Shown here: positions 53,201 to 64,000 of the stretch, one piece after another | Layout: each line of letters begins with the position of its first letter | Numbering within the stretch: position 1 is the first letter of the stretch | Origin: Marsupella aquatica | Lineage: Eukaryota; Plantae; Marchantiophyta | Length of the DNA: 64,000 nucleotides | Assembly: GCA_973895155.1 (NCBI GenBank) | Contig: OZ316891.1 | Location: 3,485,801 to 3,549,800 of the forward strand | Direction of reading: 5' to 3' | The notes under the pieces: model-generated | Seen by the model: only the letters and a program-made list of their open reading frames with translations | Told to the model about the DNA's origin: nothing | The model's database searches: none | Position numbers and translations under genes: made by a program

Positions 53201-53389
53201 AGACAATTTGAATAGATGCTTAGAGGATGAGGCAGCATCAACTTCATGATACTTAGACAGTGTAGTTTTATTAGTAGAAGGATAAGTAATTGTAAATCAT
53301 CATCATCACCTTGTTATTGGGTTGATTTGACATATTAAAAAGGGGAGAGCAATTCTTCAAAAAAATTCTTCTCTTCAACAATCACAAGA

Positions 53390-56189
53390 AAGCAACCTAG
53401 CATTGCTGTGGTGTATGATAATTTGCCATAACTGTGCCTTGGTGACAACCTTGAAATATTGGACCATTCTTGTCACCTCTTCCACACCCCATCCAACATT
53501 GTCTTCATGAAGACATGAAGTCATACCAAACCCGTAAGGAATGTCTGCCAAAGCCAATGTGTAAGCTCTTGATGGGACTACCTCGTGTAATTTTTTAGCA
53601 TCGTGTGTGAAGATATCATAATACACATCCCCAAACTCTGGATGCTCAAAAGCATTAGGATAGAGTTCACTCCCTTGGGTCTGGCGGCACAATGTTTTCA
53701 TTGCCAACCAATTTTGCGCCTGTGCAATATGCGCATTAAACTTACCTGGAAAAGACTTCAAGTCTTTGCTGTCTTCATTCTCTCCCTTCTTTTTCCGGGA
53801 GGTGGTGTCTTTCTGAGAAACAACATAAATTGTTGTGAGTTGCTATACCAACATTATGGTTCAAATTGCAAAAAAAAATTCTTAACCAAAGTTGCAAATC
53901 AACTTACCCAAGTCTGGAAGACAGGAACAAAGTTTTTAAGCACATTATAAGTGCAATGGTCAAGGTATTTGGTTTTACAATCTCTCCAACTCTCTTCGTG
54001 AAGACAAGTAAGAAAAGCCTTCTGGACTTGCATTTGGAATTTGTGTCATTGAAATTCTTGTCCCATCTCTTGACGAGAAAGCTCCTTTGTCAACACCCTT
54101 TGTAACACAGGACAGATCATGTCTGGATCTTTCAATGCCTGCATGTGTCTCCATTCAGTCAACTTCATGTCAATGTAAAAAGCTTGGAATCTCCAGACTT
54201 TGAGACCTTCTTCTTTGTCTTGTCCCCTTCTGCCCCTTCACTTCACAATTCTCCCACTTATCAAAAATCTGACGTACAAAAGACCAAACAAGATCTTGAT
54301 GAAATGCCAATTGAAACAAATTGTCATTGGCATTTAAAACCTCAAAATCTTTTCGTACACCCAATCCTTCAGGTTGATTTCTTTGGCACACTCCTTGAAA
54401 TCAACATTTGACAATGATCCATTCTCCACAAATCGCATGTGATTCATATAATTCACTCTCTGGATTGTGCTCATTTGCTGACAAAATTCTGAGTCTATTA
54501 AGACTCCATGCCAAGTTCCTTGCTTCTTGGATAGACAACCCAGCAAATATCCAAGATTGGACTCTCCTGTATGACTTGTTGTTGGGAAATTGCAATGATA
54601 AGTCTGCCTTTGCACAAGCAGAATGATTTCCCCCAATCACATAATAGTGGTACTCATTCTTTTTTGAGAAATCAAAATCACCTCGAGTTGGACACTCCTT
54701 AGGATCAACCAACAGAACAAATGGTGCAGCAAGTAGACTAGCCCCAACTGCCTTCATACGTGTGGTCAATTGTGTAAGAAAATATGGCTGGATGTGCCTC
54801 ACTTGGTAAACTGGTAATTCCAAAGATTTCTCCCAAACTGGAGGGTAAAGTTGTCCAATATCAATGGTGATTGTCTCCTCTTGGACTCCACACCTCATCA
54901 AAATCTCCTCCTGATACACCACTCGAGCATCCATAGACATTGATTGAGCCTTTTGTTCCAAATGAGTTGGAACCTTCTCCAATGTCTGCTTCTTGGGTTT
55001 TGGTGCACTAGGTCCAGCACCTTGAGAACTCTCTGCTCCACGTTTCTTTGTTGAAGTTTGAGTACCGGTAGTCCCTTGTGCTGATCCCCCAGTCATAGTT
55101 GTCCCCTCTTGTGATCTACCAACTTGTGATCCACCACCCGATACCTGGGGTGCAACAATCATCTTCCTGGCAGGACCAGAACTTGGACGTGATCCTGAAG
55201 GAGCAGTAGAGGGGCCAGACTTTGGTGGACGCACATTGCTCTTCTCTGCAGCTTTACAAAGAATTTCCCTAGACTTTTGAATGGCACTCTTCAATGTGCT
55301 GGCATGATGTTCAAACACAAACCCAGCAATGAGCTGAGCAATCTCATCATAACTCTCTTTTGCCGACAGAGCCTTCACTTTCTGAATAATCCCTTCAATG
55401 TCATCAGTCAAATAGCACCTAGCAGCCGTCCCTGAAAATTGCTCAACATCATCAGCAATCAACATAGATGTCTCCTTGGTTGTGATCAGCATGTTGAGGA
55501 TTTCATCCCCTTTTCAAAAGACATATACTCGACCATAATTCACCTAGCCAAGAGATCCAGAAGGTAAGGTCTCGTAGATGCACAACATCAAAAACGGCTT
55601 CTTCCAAGATTCGGTCCCCAATGAAATGGTCCACGAAGAATCTCCAAAATCTGTCAAGGGATGCTTGTGAAATATCTCATCTAACACTTTCTCCGTTGAT
55701 TTTGGTTCAGCTGAAATAAACACCACCAACTCACAATTAATCAAATTTATTCTAAACTTCATTTGGGAAAATCACCTTCATGATTTCATGAACTTGGTCT
55801 CACCTACAGTCAAGTGTCTCTTTGTTTTGCTTTCAAATCCAAAACTCTTGGCTCCCCAAAGTTGTCCCCGCTCTCCTCTGGTCAATTACTCCTTGATCCC
55901 CCTCTTGAAACCCTTCCAAAACTCTTCCCAATGGCTTCCGAAACTCCCCTCACCGGCCCGTTTCCCTTTCCAAAAGGGCTAGCCGTACCCTTAGTTCTCC
56001 CCGATCCCTCAATCCCGTTTCCCTTTCCAAAAGCCAGGGCTAGCCGTACACTCCTCCCAAATCCCTCCCCGATCCCTTGATCCCTTTGCTTTGCGCTCCC
56101 TCTTGAACCCTCAACTCACGGATCCCCAATCCTCCCTAGCTCTAAAAAAACTCAATAATTCCCCTCCAGGACCCCCGATCCTTCGACAT
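53390..56189 (-). pseudogene. ParB-like domain plus N-terminal half of an amino-DNA methyltransferase (outer element cargo)
   Basis: ITIDIGQLYPP..YQVRHIQPYFLTQLTTRM..YYVIGGNHSACAK..IFAGLSIQEARNLA (ParB-like), a helical region, then YTLALADIPYG (DPPY-type catalytic motif IV). Homology stops after WQIIIHHS at ~53405. Introns ~55802-55710 and ~53905-53815; start codon tentative. Confidence 0.8.
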
Positions 56190-59100
56190 CCAAACCCTCT
56201 CGACTAAGCTCCCTCTTTGCAAAGCTCTGCCATCCCAACTAACGTCTGCCCTGTCTCTCACTAAGCTCTTTCCTCTCAACTAACGTCTGCACTGCCTCTC
56301 GACTAAGCTCTATGCGCTGCCTTTTGACTAAGCTCTGTCCTCTCAAACGTTACGATCTCCTTCCCTTGCCAGCCATACCATACTTTATGATCTCCTTCTG
56401 CAATCGTTTTCTCCCCCGGTCCTTATCAAATTCTCCCTAGCTTGATTGAATTGACCTCTCTCCCCTCTTGATTGTCTTCCGTGTGCAATCGTTTCCCCCC
56501 GGTCCTTATCAAAATAACCCTGGCCCGATCGAGTGCTTTGTAATCCCGTTTCTACTATCTCTGTCCCTATCAAGTCTCCCTGGCCCGATTGAAAGCTTCC
56601 ACAAGTTCTGATCTGCTCTTGCTCCGGTTCTCACAGACTAGGGTAACGATCGGCTCGTCGCATCCCTAATCAAGGATTCAATTGAACATTAGACTCAATT
56701 CTAGGCCAAGTCTAACTCTCAGGGCCAAGTCTCAAGGCCACCATAGCTCGCGGGTCTCACCTCCTTTGCTTCGCCCTTCACAGCTTCTTGTTCATTGTGC
56801 AGGCAGGTGACAGTCAAAAATTCCTACTTTCCAGTTTTTGGGTTCATGGATTCATGAAGGTTTTCGCTGCCCTCCTTCGAAGATTGGAGACCTTTCATGA
56901 ATTCATGAAGTGGAATCAAGCATCAATTGAAGGAATCGTGTAAAAAGTTAAAAAAAAGGTAAAAAGCAGCAAGTAAATGGTGTAGAGGAAACCCACAAAA
57001 TACCAAGAAAGGGGCTAAAATGGAGGGCAAAACAGAAAAATATGATCACAAACACAAACAGCAAGTAAAAATATAACAAAACAAGCCCCAAAAATGATGA
57101 TTGCGCCCTCATAAACGATCTTCTGATTTTAGGTCTAAAAAATATGCTATTTATGAAAAAGTGCGCGTAGTTACAATACCTTTGTGAACAGAAAGTTAGG
57201 ATTAGAGGGTAACAATGAATTATCAACTTTGTATCAAATGCAATAAGTATTCAAAACCTGAAAACCCAACTTAACATGTGACATTTGGGAAACTAATAAA
57301 GTATTGTTTCATGAACAATTTGCCTTATTTTTACTAATTTCTATTGAGTGGTGGGATTCATTTGATAATTTATTTTTAATTAAGTTTTTCAAAAAATGCC
57401 CAAAACCTATAAATGGGGCTTGTTATTCATGACTCCACCTCATTTCAGTTTTTCACATTTGAGTTCTTTGGGGGTTTTGAGTGTTCTCTTCAGATTTTGT
57501 GTTATTTTTGCAATGGCAGCTTGTTATGAGTCGGATGATTATTCAGATGGTATATCCGATGATATTTCCTTCCCTGATGGTCCTAGTAGTGTTGGTTCTC
57601 CAGATGCCCCTATCAAAACAACTATTTTGGAGATGCCTCCCCCAACTCCAATGAGTAAGTTGAAACTCAAGCCAATTAGTGTAGCAAATAGTAAGGAAAA
57701 CTTTGTTGGTCCTTGCAGAAGTGAGCACTCTCACTCTTCAGACTTATTTGAGAGTACTAGTCCCCCTGGGCGCCAAGTGCTATCAAATCATTCTCAAACC
57801 GGGTTGGAATTGGGTGTAAGTTCCCAGGGTCCTCAACATAGGGAAGAGGTGAAAAAGCGGACTCATGAATTCATGAATGCTGAATCTGGAAGAATGTTAA
57901 AAAAGCCAAGTCAGCAACGGGGATTGGATTTTTGTGCACTCCGGAAAGGACCTGCTATGCAACATGTCCCAATGATCGAGAGCCAATATGGTCGTCCTAC
58001 ATCTTTCAAATTTTGAGAAGGAGTGTCTGAGGGCGGAAACAAGGAGGCCTCTTGGAACTGACAAGAATTTCAACAAGGAGAGGTTTGTGTCTGCAGGATC
58101 ACCCAACAACTTTGATTGTTTGGCAGATGTTGGCACTGGATCAACATCAGGATACCTGAAGGGCAAGAAGAAGATCTTTGAGGACATTCCAAAGAGGAGG
58201 ATCAGAGAGACAACTAGGTCTGGGTTTTTAGTGGATTCAAGTGGAAACCTGCCAAGCTCACGCCTTTTGAAAGTGAAAGAATAGCCACTGAGTCCTCTAG
58301 GGCCGGGTCGGAGGGGCTTATCTGCATACCAACATGAGAAGTTTGTGGATATATCTTCTTCAGCTGAGGGATTCTCTTTTGAGAGCGATGGGGAGCATTC
58401 TGGAAGGCTCCCAATAGCTAACAAACGAACCTCAAATCTTAGTTTGTGTGAAACAAAGATGACAAAGGAGGATATCAAGAAAACAAATCGTAAGTATTGC
58501 TACCAACGCCATTGTCTCCTGAGTCTTTCACCAAAAGAAATTCATGAAGCACGCTCAAAGTTTTTGAGGCAAAAATCTCAAGATCGGTCTTTCTCTTTGC
58601 AGTGGCTCGTCAAGCAAGACAAAAATGAAGAGGGGAGGTCCACTGTGACATACACAATTGGACAAAGAGATATATGTCGGAAAGCTTTTAGGACCATCTT
58701 CTGTGTAGGCAATGAAAGATTGAGTAGAATCAAGAAGCTAGCCAATAAAGATCTAGCTTACCCGAGACCAATTGGTCGACCGCCATCCGTGAGAACATTG
58801 GTGTTGAGTTCATGGTTTCAAGAAGTCCTTTTTTTGAGACTCGTGTGGAGACGCTGCCCAATAAAGATGTTTCACATTTGTCCGACAATTATTCCAAGTT
58901 AGAAGTTTGGAAAATATATGATTCAAGCTACGTAATCACAAATGAATCATCCAAACTATCATATCAACAATTTTTGAAAGTGTGGTCACAAGACTTTGGG
59001 CATGTGAAGATCCCTCCTGTGAATCGTTTCAGTGCTTGCGCAGACTGTGAGGAATTCAAAACAATTCGGGACAAAGGTGTCTCGGAAGCTGAAAAATGTA

Positions 59101-61056
59101 AGTAGTTTCAAAGCTTGTCTTTTTTCTAATAAGTCATTACTAAGATTTGAATCATCTCGATTAATAAGTAGAGCAATGACTACACAATAGAAACAAATTC
59201 AAAGTTAGCAACATTTTTTGACCATTGTGTGATTGATTTGAGTTATTTTTCAGGGAGGAGAAATAATTTTACAGAAGCATCGAGATCAACAATCGAAAGA
59301 ACAAGAAAAACAAGCAAAGCATCGAAAGAAGTGTTTCACAAACCCAGAAAAATATTTGGGAGTTGTGATTGATGGTGGATCAAAAGAAGACCAGGTTACC
59401 CCATTGGCCACGACCTCCAAAATCTGTTGATGAGTCTTGTTTAATCCAGTTGCATGTGGTTGGGTGTCTTATCTTTCATGGAGCATTATTTTCGAGGGTG
59501 TTCCTTAATTATCCAATTTTACATAATGATGGAAATCTTACCATTACTATTTTACAAAGAGTATTCCTAGAGTATCAAGAGAAGTTTGGGGGCCTTCCAC
59601 GGTCAGTTCTCTACCTGCAGCTTGACAATACAAGTAGGGAGAACAAAAACAATTTACTTTTCACATATCTTCATATGTTGATAAGAAAAAAAGTATTTCG
59701 GAAAATCAAACTTGGATTCCTCTTAGTTGGACACACTCATGATCAAATAGATCAGTTGTTCAGTAGATTTTCAAAAAGGCTTGGAAGATTTAAGGCCTTT
59801 ACCTACAATAGTTTATGTGAAATTATCCGAGAGTCTTACCAACCACAACCTGAAATCATTCTCTTGAATGAGACATATGATTTTAGAAAGTTTGCTTTCT
59901 CTGAGCCTGCCTTGATCATAGATAGGATACGAAATGTTACTTTCCATCACCAATATAAAATTTCCTTTCATTGTGATGATGATCAAGTTCCAACACAATG
60001 GGGAAAAAAATTCTCGATGGATACTGTATGGAAACCAGAAGGAGGGGTTCAATTGTTGAAAGGAGACATGCCACTAAAGGTAATTGGGTGCTCTAATGAA
60101 ATGCCACTTGTCAAAAAAGGAGACAAGAAGCGAGATGAAGGGAGGGCTGGAAATCAAACTCATGCAACATCATCTTCAGCAAAAATGACAATGTCCGAAA
60201 TGATTGATTGTTTGAATGAAATTCAAAAAGGTATATTTGCAGCTCAGATATTATTCTCCAATGAAGAAATCATTTGGTGGAGTTCATTTTTTGAAGAGCA
60301 AAGAGAATTCAATCTATCTCTTTTGCTTGAAGAAAGACCTTTGATTATTCCATTTGAATGGCCAAGGGCGCAGGGGGATGTAAGTGTTGACCCTGAACCT
60401 CTTAAAACTCTGTTGAATGAGGAAGAAATTTAAGAGAGGGTATATGGTCCAACTAGAGATATTTATGTTGGCCCATACCGCAATCAAGAAAAGATAGATG
60501 CAGAGAAGGAGAATATGGAAGGTGATTTTTCAGATCTAGAAATCAACACATTTATTTCTGTGGCTGCAGAGAAGTCTCAATCATTTTGGGTGGCCAAGGT
60601 GGAGAAAATTTCTCTTCGTGATGAGTCCAACATCCCAAAGATTATCTCAGTTTTGTGGCATGCAGCAAAGGAAGGATCTGACCCTTGGAAAGCAAAATAT
60701 TTACCTGAAGTATTGAACTACGAGAAGAAAAAAAGTGGACGAGGCGACGGAACCTTGAAGCCAGTCTGGTTTCATCAAGATCTTGACCTTTCGTCAACAA
60801 CTATTTTTGCATATAATTTTATGTTAACAAAATCTGATACTCTTTACAAAAAAACAGTAGATCAAATTAAAATTAGACTTTCAGAATTTCTCAAAGAAGA
60901 GCAAGACCAAGTGGGTGAGGATATTGTTGGTAGCATTTGTCAAGAGGAAACTGCAAGAGCAGTTTCTCCTCTAGAAGTGAATGGTAGTCAGTGAGATTTA
61001 CCAAACTTGGAAATTCAAAAATGTGTTGAATGATGGATTCATGAATTCATGAATTC
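55777..61056. promoter_or_regulatory. Dispersed TTCATGAATTCATGAA palindromes in the outer element
   Basis: Full or 1-mismatch copies at 55777, 56843, 56894, 57862 and 61038; half sites at 57308 and ~58541. Function is inferred. Confidence 0.55.
57513..60994 (+). pseudogene. Sola-like DDD transposase (outer element)
   Basis: YCYQRHCL, DICRKAFRTIF, NRFSACADC, VVIDG.DQKKTRLP, LYLQLDNTSRENKN and FLLVGHTHDQIDQLFS. Intron 59098-59253; stops and frameshifts. Confidence 0.88.
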
Positions 61057-61610
61057 GTTGGAAAGAAGGACGACATTCCAAGAATATCCATATGGAATGA
61101 GTCTTGTCTAGGATATTTTGGAGACAAAATATCAATTGAAGTACTTATTTTTAAAATGTAATAAAGTTTGAAGCACTTTTGATATTTATCATTCCAATAT
61201 TGTGAAGCATGGTGTTTTGTGGGCAAATAAGCCAAAGGATCTGGTCCATAGCATAACTCATTTGAACTGTCAAATTTATTTGAAATACATTGTAGAATAG
61301 TGATTCCAATAAACTTTAGGACAATATTTTAATGCTGATATGTCATTGAATCTACTGAATGCGTGAAAGTCTGATATTATAACAGTGAAACATAAGTGAT
61401 TTGAGGTTTAAAAGTTTGTCGAGAAGAGTTTTGTGCTTTTAGATAGCCAAATTTATAGCCTATTTTTAATCATTTTTGCATGTTTTCAGTTTTTGCCAAA
61501 AAAGGGGCTTATTTTTAGGTGCATTTTGTGCATTTTTACATGTTTTCAAGGTTTTTTGGAAATAGTTCTTATAGTTTAGGCTTATTACCCATCCTTTAAG
61601 GCTCCTTGTT

Positions 61611-61860
61611 CAGTGTGCAATCAGTGCCTAGGCTTGTGGGGATGTCCCAAGCTACTGCCCATCTGCCTATGTCCATTTGACCAAGCTGGTCGAACATATA
61701 TTAAACTGTATGCATCATTTTTCCTGAAAACTTGTGTATCTTGTATCTTGGGTTTTCTGATTTATAATTCCTGAATGGGTTTTCAAATATGCCTTTAGCT
61801 AGTTTTATAAGTCACCTAAGGGTACAAAAAATTATCTCAAATGAACTTTTTACATATAAA
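61611..61860 (+). repeat. 3' part of the interrupted short repeat
   Basis: From ~61680 aligns to 36615-36835. Confidence 0.75.
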
Positions 61861-64000
61861 AACTGCAAAACATAACTCAGGAGGAAACAACTGTAAGAAG
61901 GGCTAGTTAGCCAAGAGGGATCAGGTTGAAGGGGGTACACTTAATTAGTCCTTATTGTCTAAGCCTAGGCACTGTATGCAATTTCTAATCTTTGGTTCTA
62001 TCTTAAGAATAAAATGAAATATTGTATATAGGTCAAATTGATATTTGTCCTTATAGTCTAAGCCTTGGAACTCTATGCAATGCTCTAAACTTTGGTTCTT
62101 AAGAATAAAATTAAATAATGTAATCTTTTTGTCTTCACACATAGTGACTGAGGCAATATATTGTACAGTATTCTTGGCATCTCTATAGTTATTATTATTA
62201 TGTAATTATACAGCCCCTTAAACTGGGCTATTGCATCAAGCATTTGAGTTTAATAAAGTTTTGAAACCAGGAGTTGGGCAGTTTGTTGTCCACAGCTAGC
62301 CAGACAGGTTTTGCACATGCAATATATGTCATAAGTGGAGAATTCCAATAAGCTTTTGAGTTTTGTAATTTATGCTAAATAAGGAACTGCCAGTTTGCAG
62401 GCTTGCACAAATCTAATTCACTTTTGTCCACAACTATCCTGACAGGTTTTACTTATGTCATTGTTGGGCGGCTCCTCATTTTGTATCTTTACTAAACCAA
62501 ATGATAAAAAAACAGTGTGAAGCTATCAATTCAGGATCTCATGTAATGCCAAACAGTAGGATCAATTCAGGAGCTCATGTCATGCAAAACAGTAACTCAA
62601 ACCAAATTAATTCCAATGGAGAATTGGGTCCTCATTGGGTCAATCTCTTGGGGGTTTCACTTCCACAAAAATGGCACACCACATGCGACAAAAGATAGGG
62701 TCATTTTATTGGTTCTAAGTGAAGACATAAGAATTTTTTCAGAAGAACAATAGGATATTTTTAATCCAATTTTGAGACTGATAGGTGCATTAGGGTTTTT
62801 TTAATCAAAATTTTGGGATATTCTAACTTTATAGGGGTCCAAATTTTTTTTAATTTACATTGTAGGGGGTTTGAGGCCTAGAAACATGCAGGTGATGGGG
62901 AAGCCTCATATAGTGAGACCCCCAAGGTCAATCTCTCCAGGGTTTACAACAAAAAGAGGATCTACCTTAACTCTTCAGATTCACAACCAAAATAGGAGAG
63001 TTATAGTTATTGTCCTCTGTGGAATGATGAATGGTATCTGACTGGTCTGATATGTCACAGGTTAGGTAGGTGAGCACCATATTGGGTTGTCCAACATCAA
63101 AATTAAAACAATGTAAGTTGTAGTAAGTGATATCAGATCTAGTAGAATCAATCAACTAACAATTAGTACAATAATTTGTTTAATTTCATGTCTTAGTTTG
63201 TAGTATTATCTCACTCTGTATTCCATGTTAGTCATGCTCTTGTGATGATAACTCATTCTTGATGCCTCCATTACTTTGCCTTTCATTGTCAATTCCAACT
63301 GCAAAATCCATCCTGCGAATGTCCTTATTTAAGTACATGCAATTCCATTCTATTCGGATCGATCAAGAGATCAAACCTTTGAAACATGCTAAAAATACTC
63401 ATGTTATGGAAGAAGGATCCAGCCTGCTGAAGGCTGATGCTGACCAGAGTAACAACTTCATACCGAATACCTTTCAACGTACCTGGAATTTTGTCATGCA
63501 CTGCTATGGAGCCTCATGGGTCCAATGGATCCCTTTCCATGTCTATTCTCCATTACCGGGTTTGCTTAAGTCTTGCCAACTGTACGTTCTTTAATTCCAT
63601 TCAACAGGTCTCTCATTGTTACCATTCCAAGGTTTAGGTGCCCCCAAACGATGACTATGAAATTTATCACGAAGTACTTGTCACAAAAACAGTCAGATGA
63701 AAATACTTAGAACAAGTACACTACATAAAACTGACAAATAATTAAAGTACTTGTTTCAATAAAGGATAATCTTATATGTATGTACAAGATGACATTCCAT
63801 AGATTCAAACCATTAAAAACTATACAAGGTTTTGGAAGTCATTATCATGAGGACAGCTCCCATCCTGTCCCGGATATTATTGTATACCCGGATCATCAGC
63901 TTTCACCAGAAGAAAACATGGCCCTTTATGACCAACCGCCCAATGACGGAAATGCATAAATGACCTAAATTCTCAATGACACAAAATGAATGACCGGAGA

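Larger units (their letters stand above)
18311..53249. mobile_element. Second (inner) Sola-like element, ends not identified, with further nested insertions
   Basis: Same divergent layout as the outer element (ParB-like gene on minus, transposase on plus). Extent marked by dispersed AACCATGGTT motifs from 18311 to 51683. No TIR/TSD found. Confidence 0.6.
45530..53249 (+). pseudogene. Sola-like DDD transposase (inner element), interrupted by solo LTR B
   Basis: Removing the LTR joins RKRKQPSL to SLSKKDK. Motifs CCLRWCC, ICLEAWRILH, NNFSKCTTC, IIHDKMDHCKTALP, LKLQLDNCAGDNKN and FLMVGHTHEDVDAMF. Intron 51399-51947; several stops and a frameshift. Confidence 0.85.
16796..61610 (+). mobile_element. 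Sola-like DDD DNA transposon (outer element), 44.8 kb including inserted material
   Basis: TIR aacaagaagccttaaaggatgggt (16796-16819) vs reverse complement of 61587-61610, 23/24 identical. 4-bp TSD CAGT at 16792-16795 and 61611-61614. Transposase next to the right TIR. The flanks rejoin into a repeat whose intact copy lies at ~36360-36835. Confidence 0.85.

Noticed and set aside
17650-53420. TIRs/TSD or Helitron ends for the inner block
   Set aside because: No inverted match found between 17650-18500 and 53250-53420; the CTAG at ~53400 lacks a hairpin and following T.
53390-56189. Bacterial/plasmid contamination explaining ParB and MTase
   Set aside because: The genes have GT-AG introns and sit between eukaryotic transposon TIRs amid plant LTRs.
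61860-64000. Short ORFs and small duplications at the right end
   Set aside because: AT-rich with no recognisable domain; treated as ordinary intergenic or intronic DNA.

Overview
Eukaryotic, intron-containing, repeat-rich DNA, most likely from a non-seed land plant (inferred from TTTAGGG motifs, euAP2 exon structure and Copia/LTR remnants). The first 16.5 kb holds LTR fragments, a highly diverged euAP2-like gene with an in-frame duplicated half-domain, and a decayed Copia pol. Positions 16796-61610 form one Sola-like DDD transposon, with 24-bp TIRs and a 4-bp CAGT TSD, inserted into a short repeat whose intact copy lies at about 36360-36835. Its native ~9 kb appears to encode a transposase and, divergently, a ParB-like + beta-class amino-DNA-methyltransferase (N6A/N4C) fusion. 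That gene is split in two by a ~35.7-kb block. The block contains a second, related Sola-like element (transposase, ParB-like protein with an apparently dead MTase, third cargo gene), three TSD-flanked solo LTRs (two carrying an ~800-codon ORF inside the LTR), MITEs and tandem repeats. Each Sola-like element carries multiple copies of its own 16-bp palindrome (GCAAACCATGGTTTGC vs TTCATGAATTCATGAA), mostly in non-coding parts. This suggests a transposon-encoded ParB/parS-like self-recognition and DNA-marking system. All TE genes here carry stops or frameshifts. Family calls come from motif recognition by eye, not database searches.
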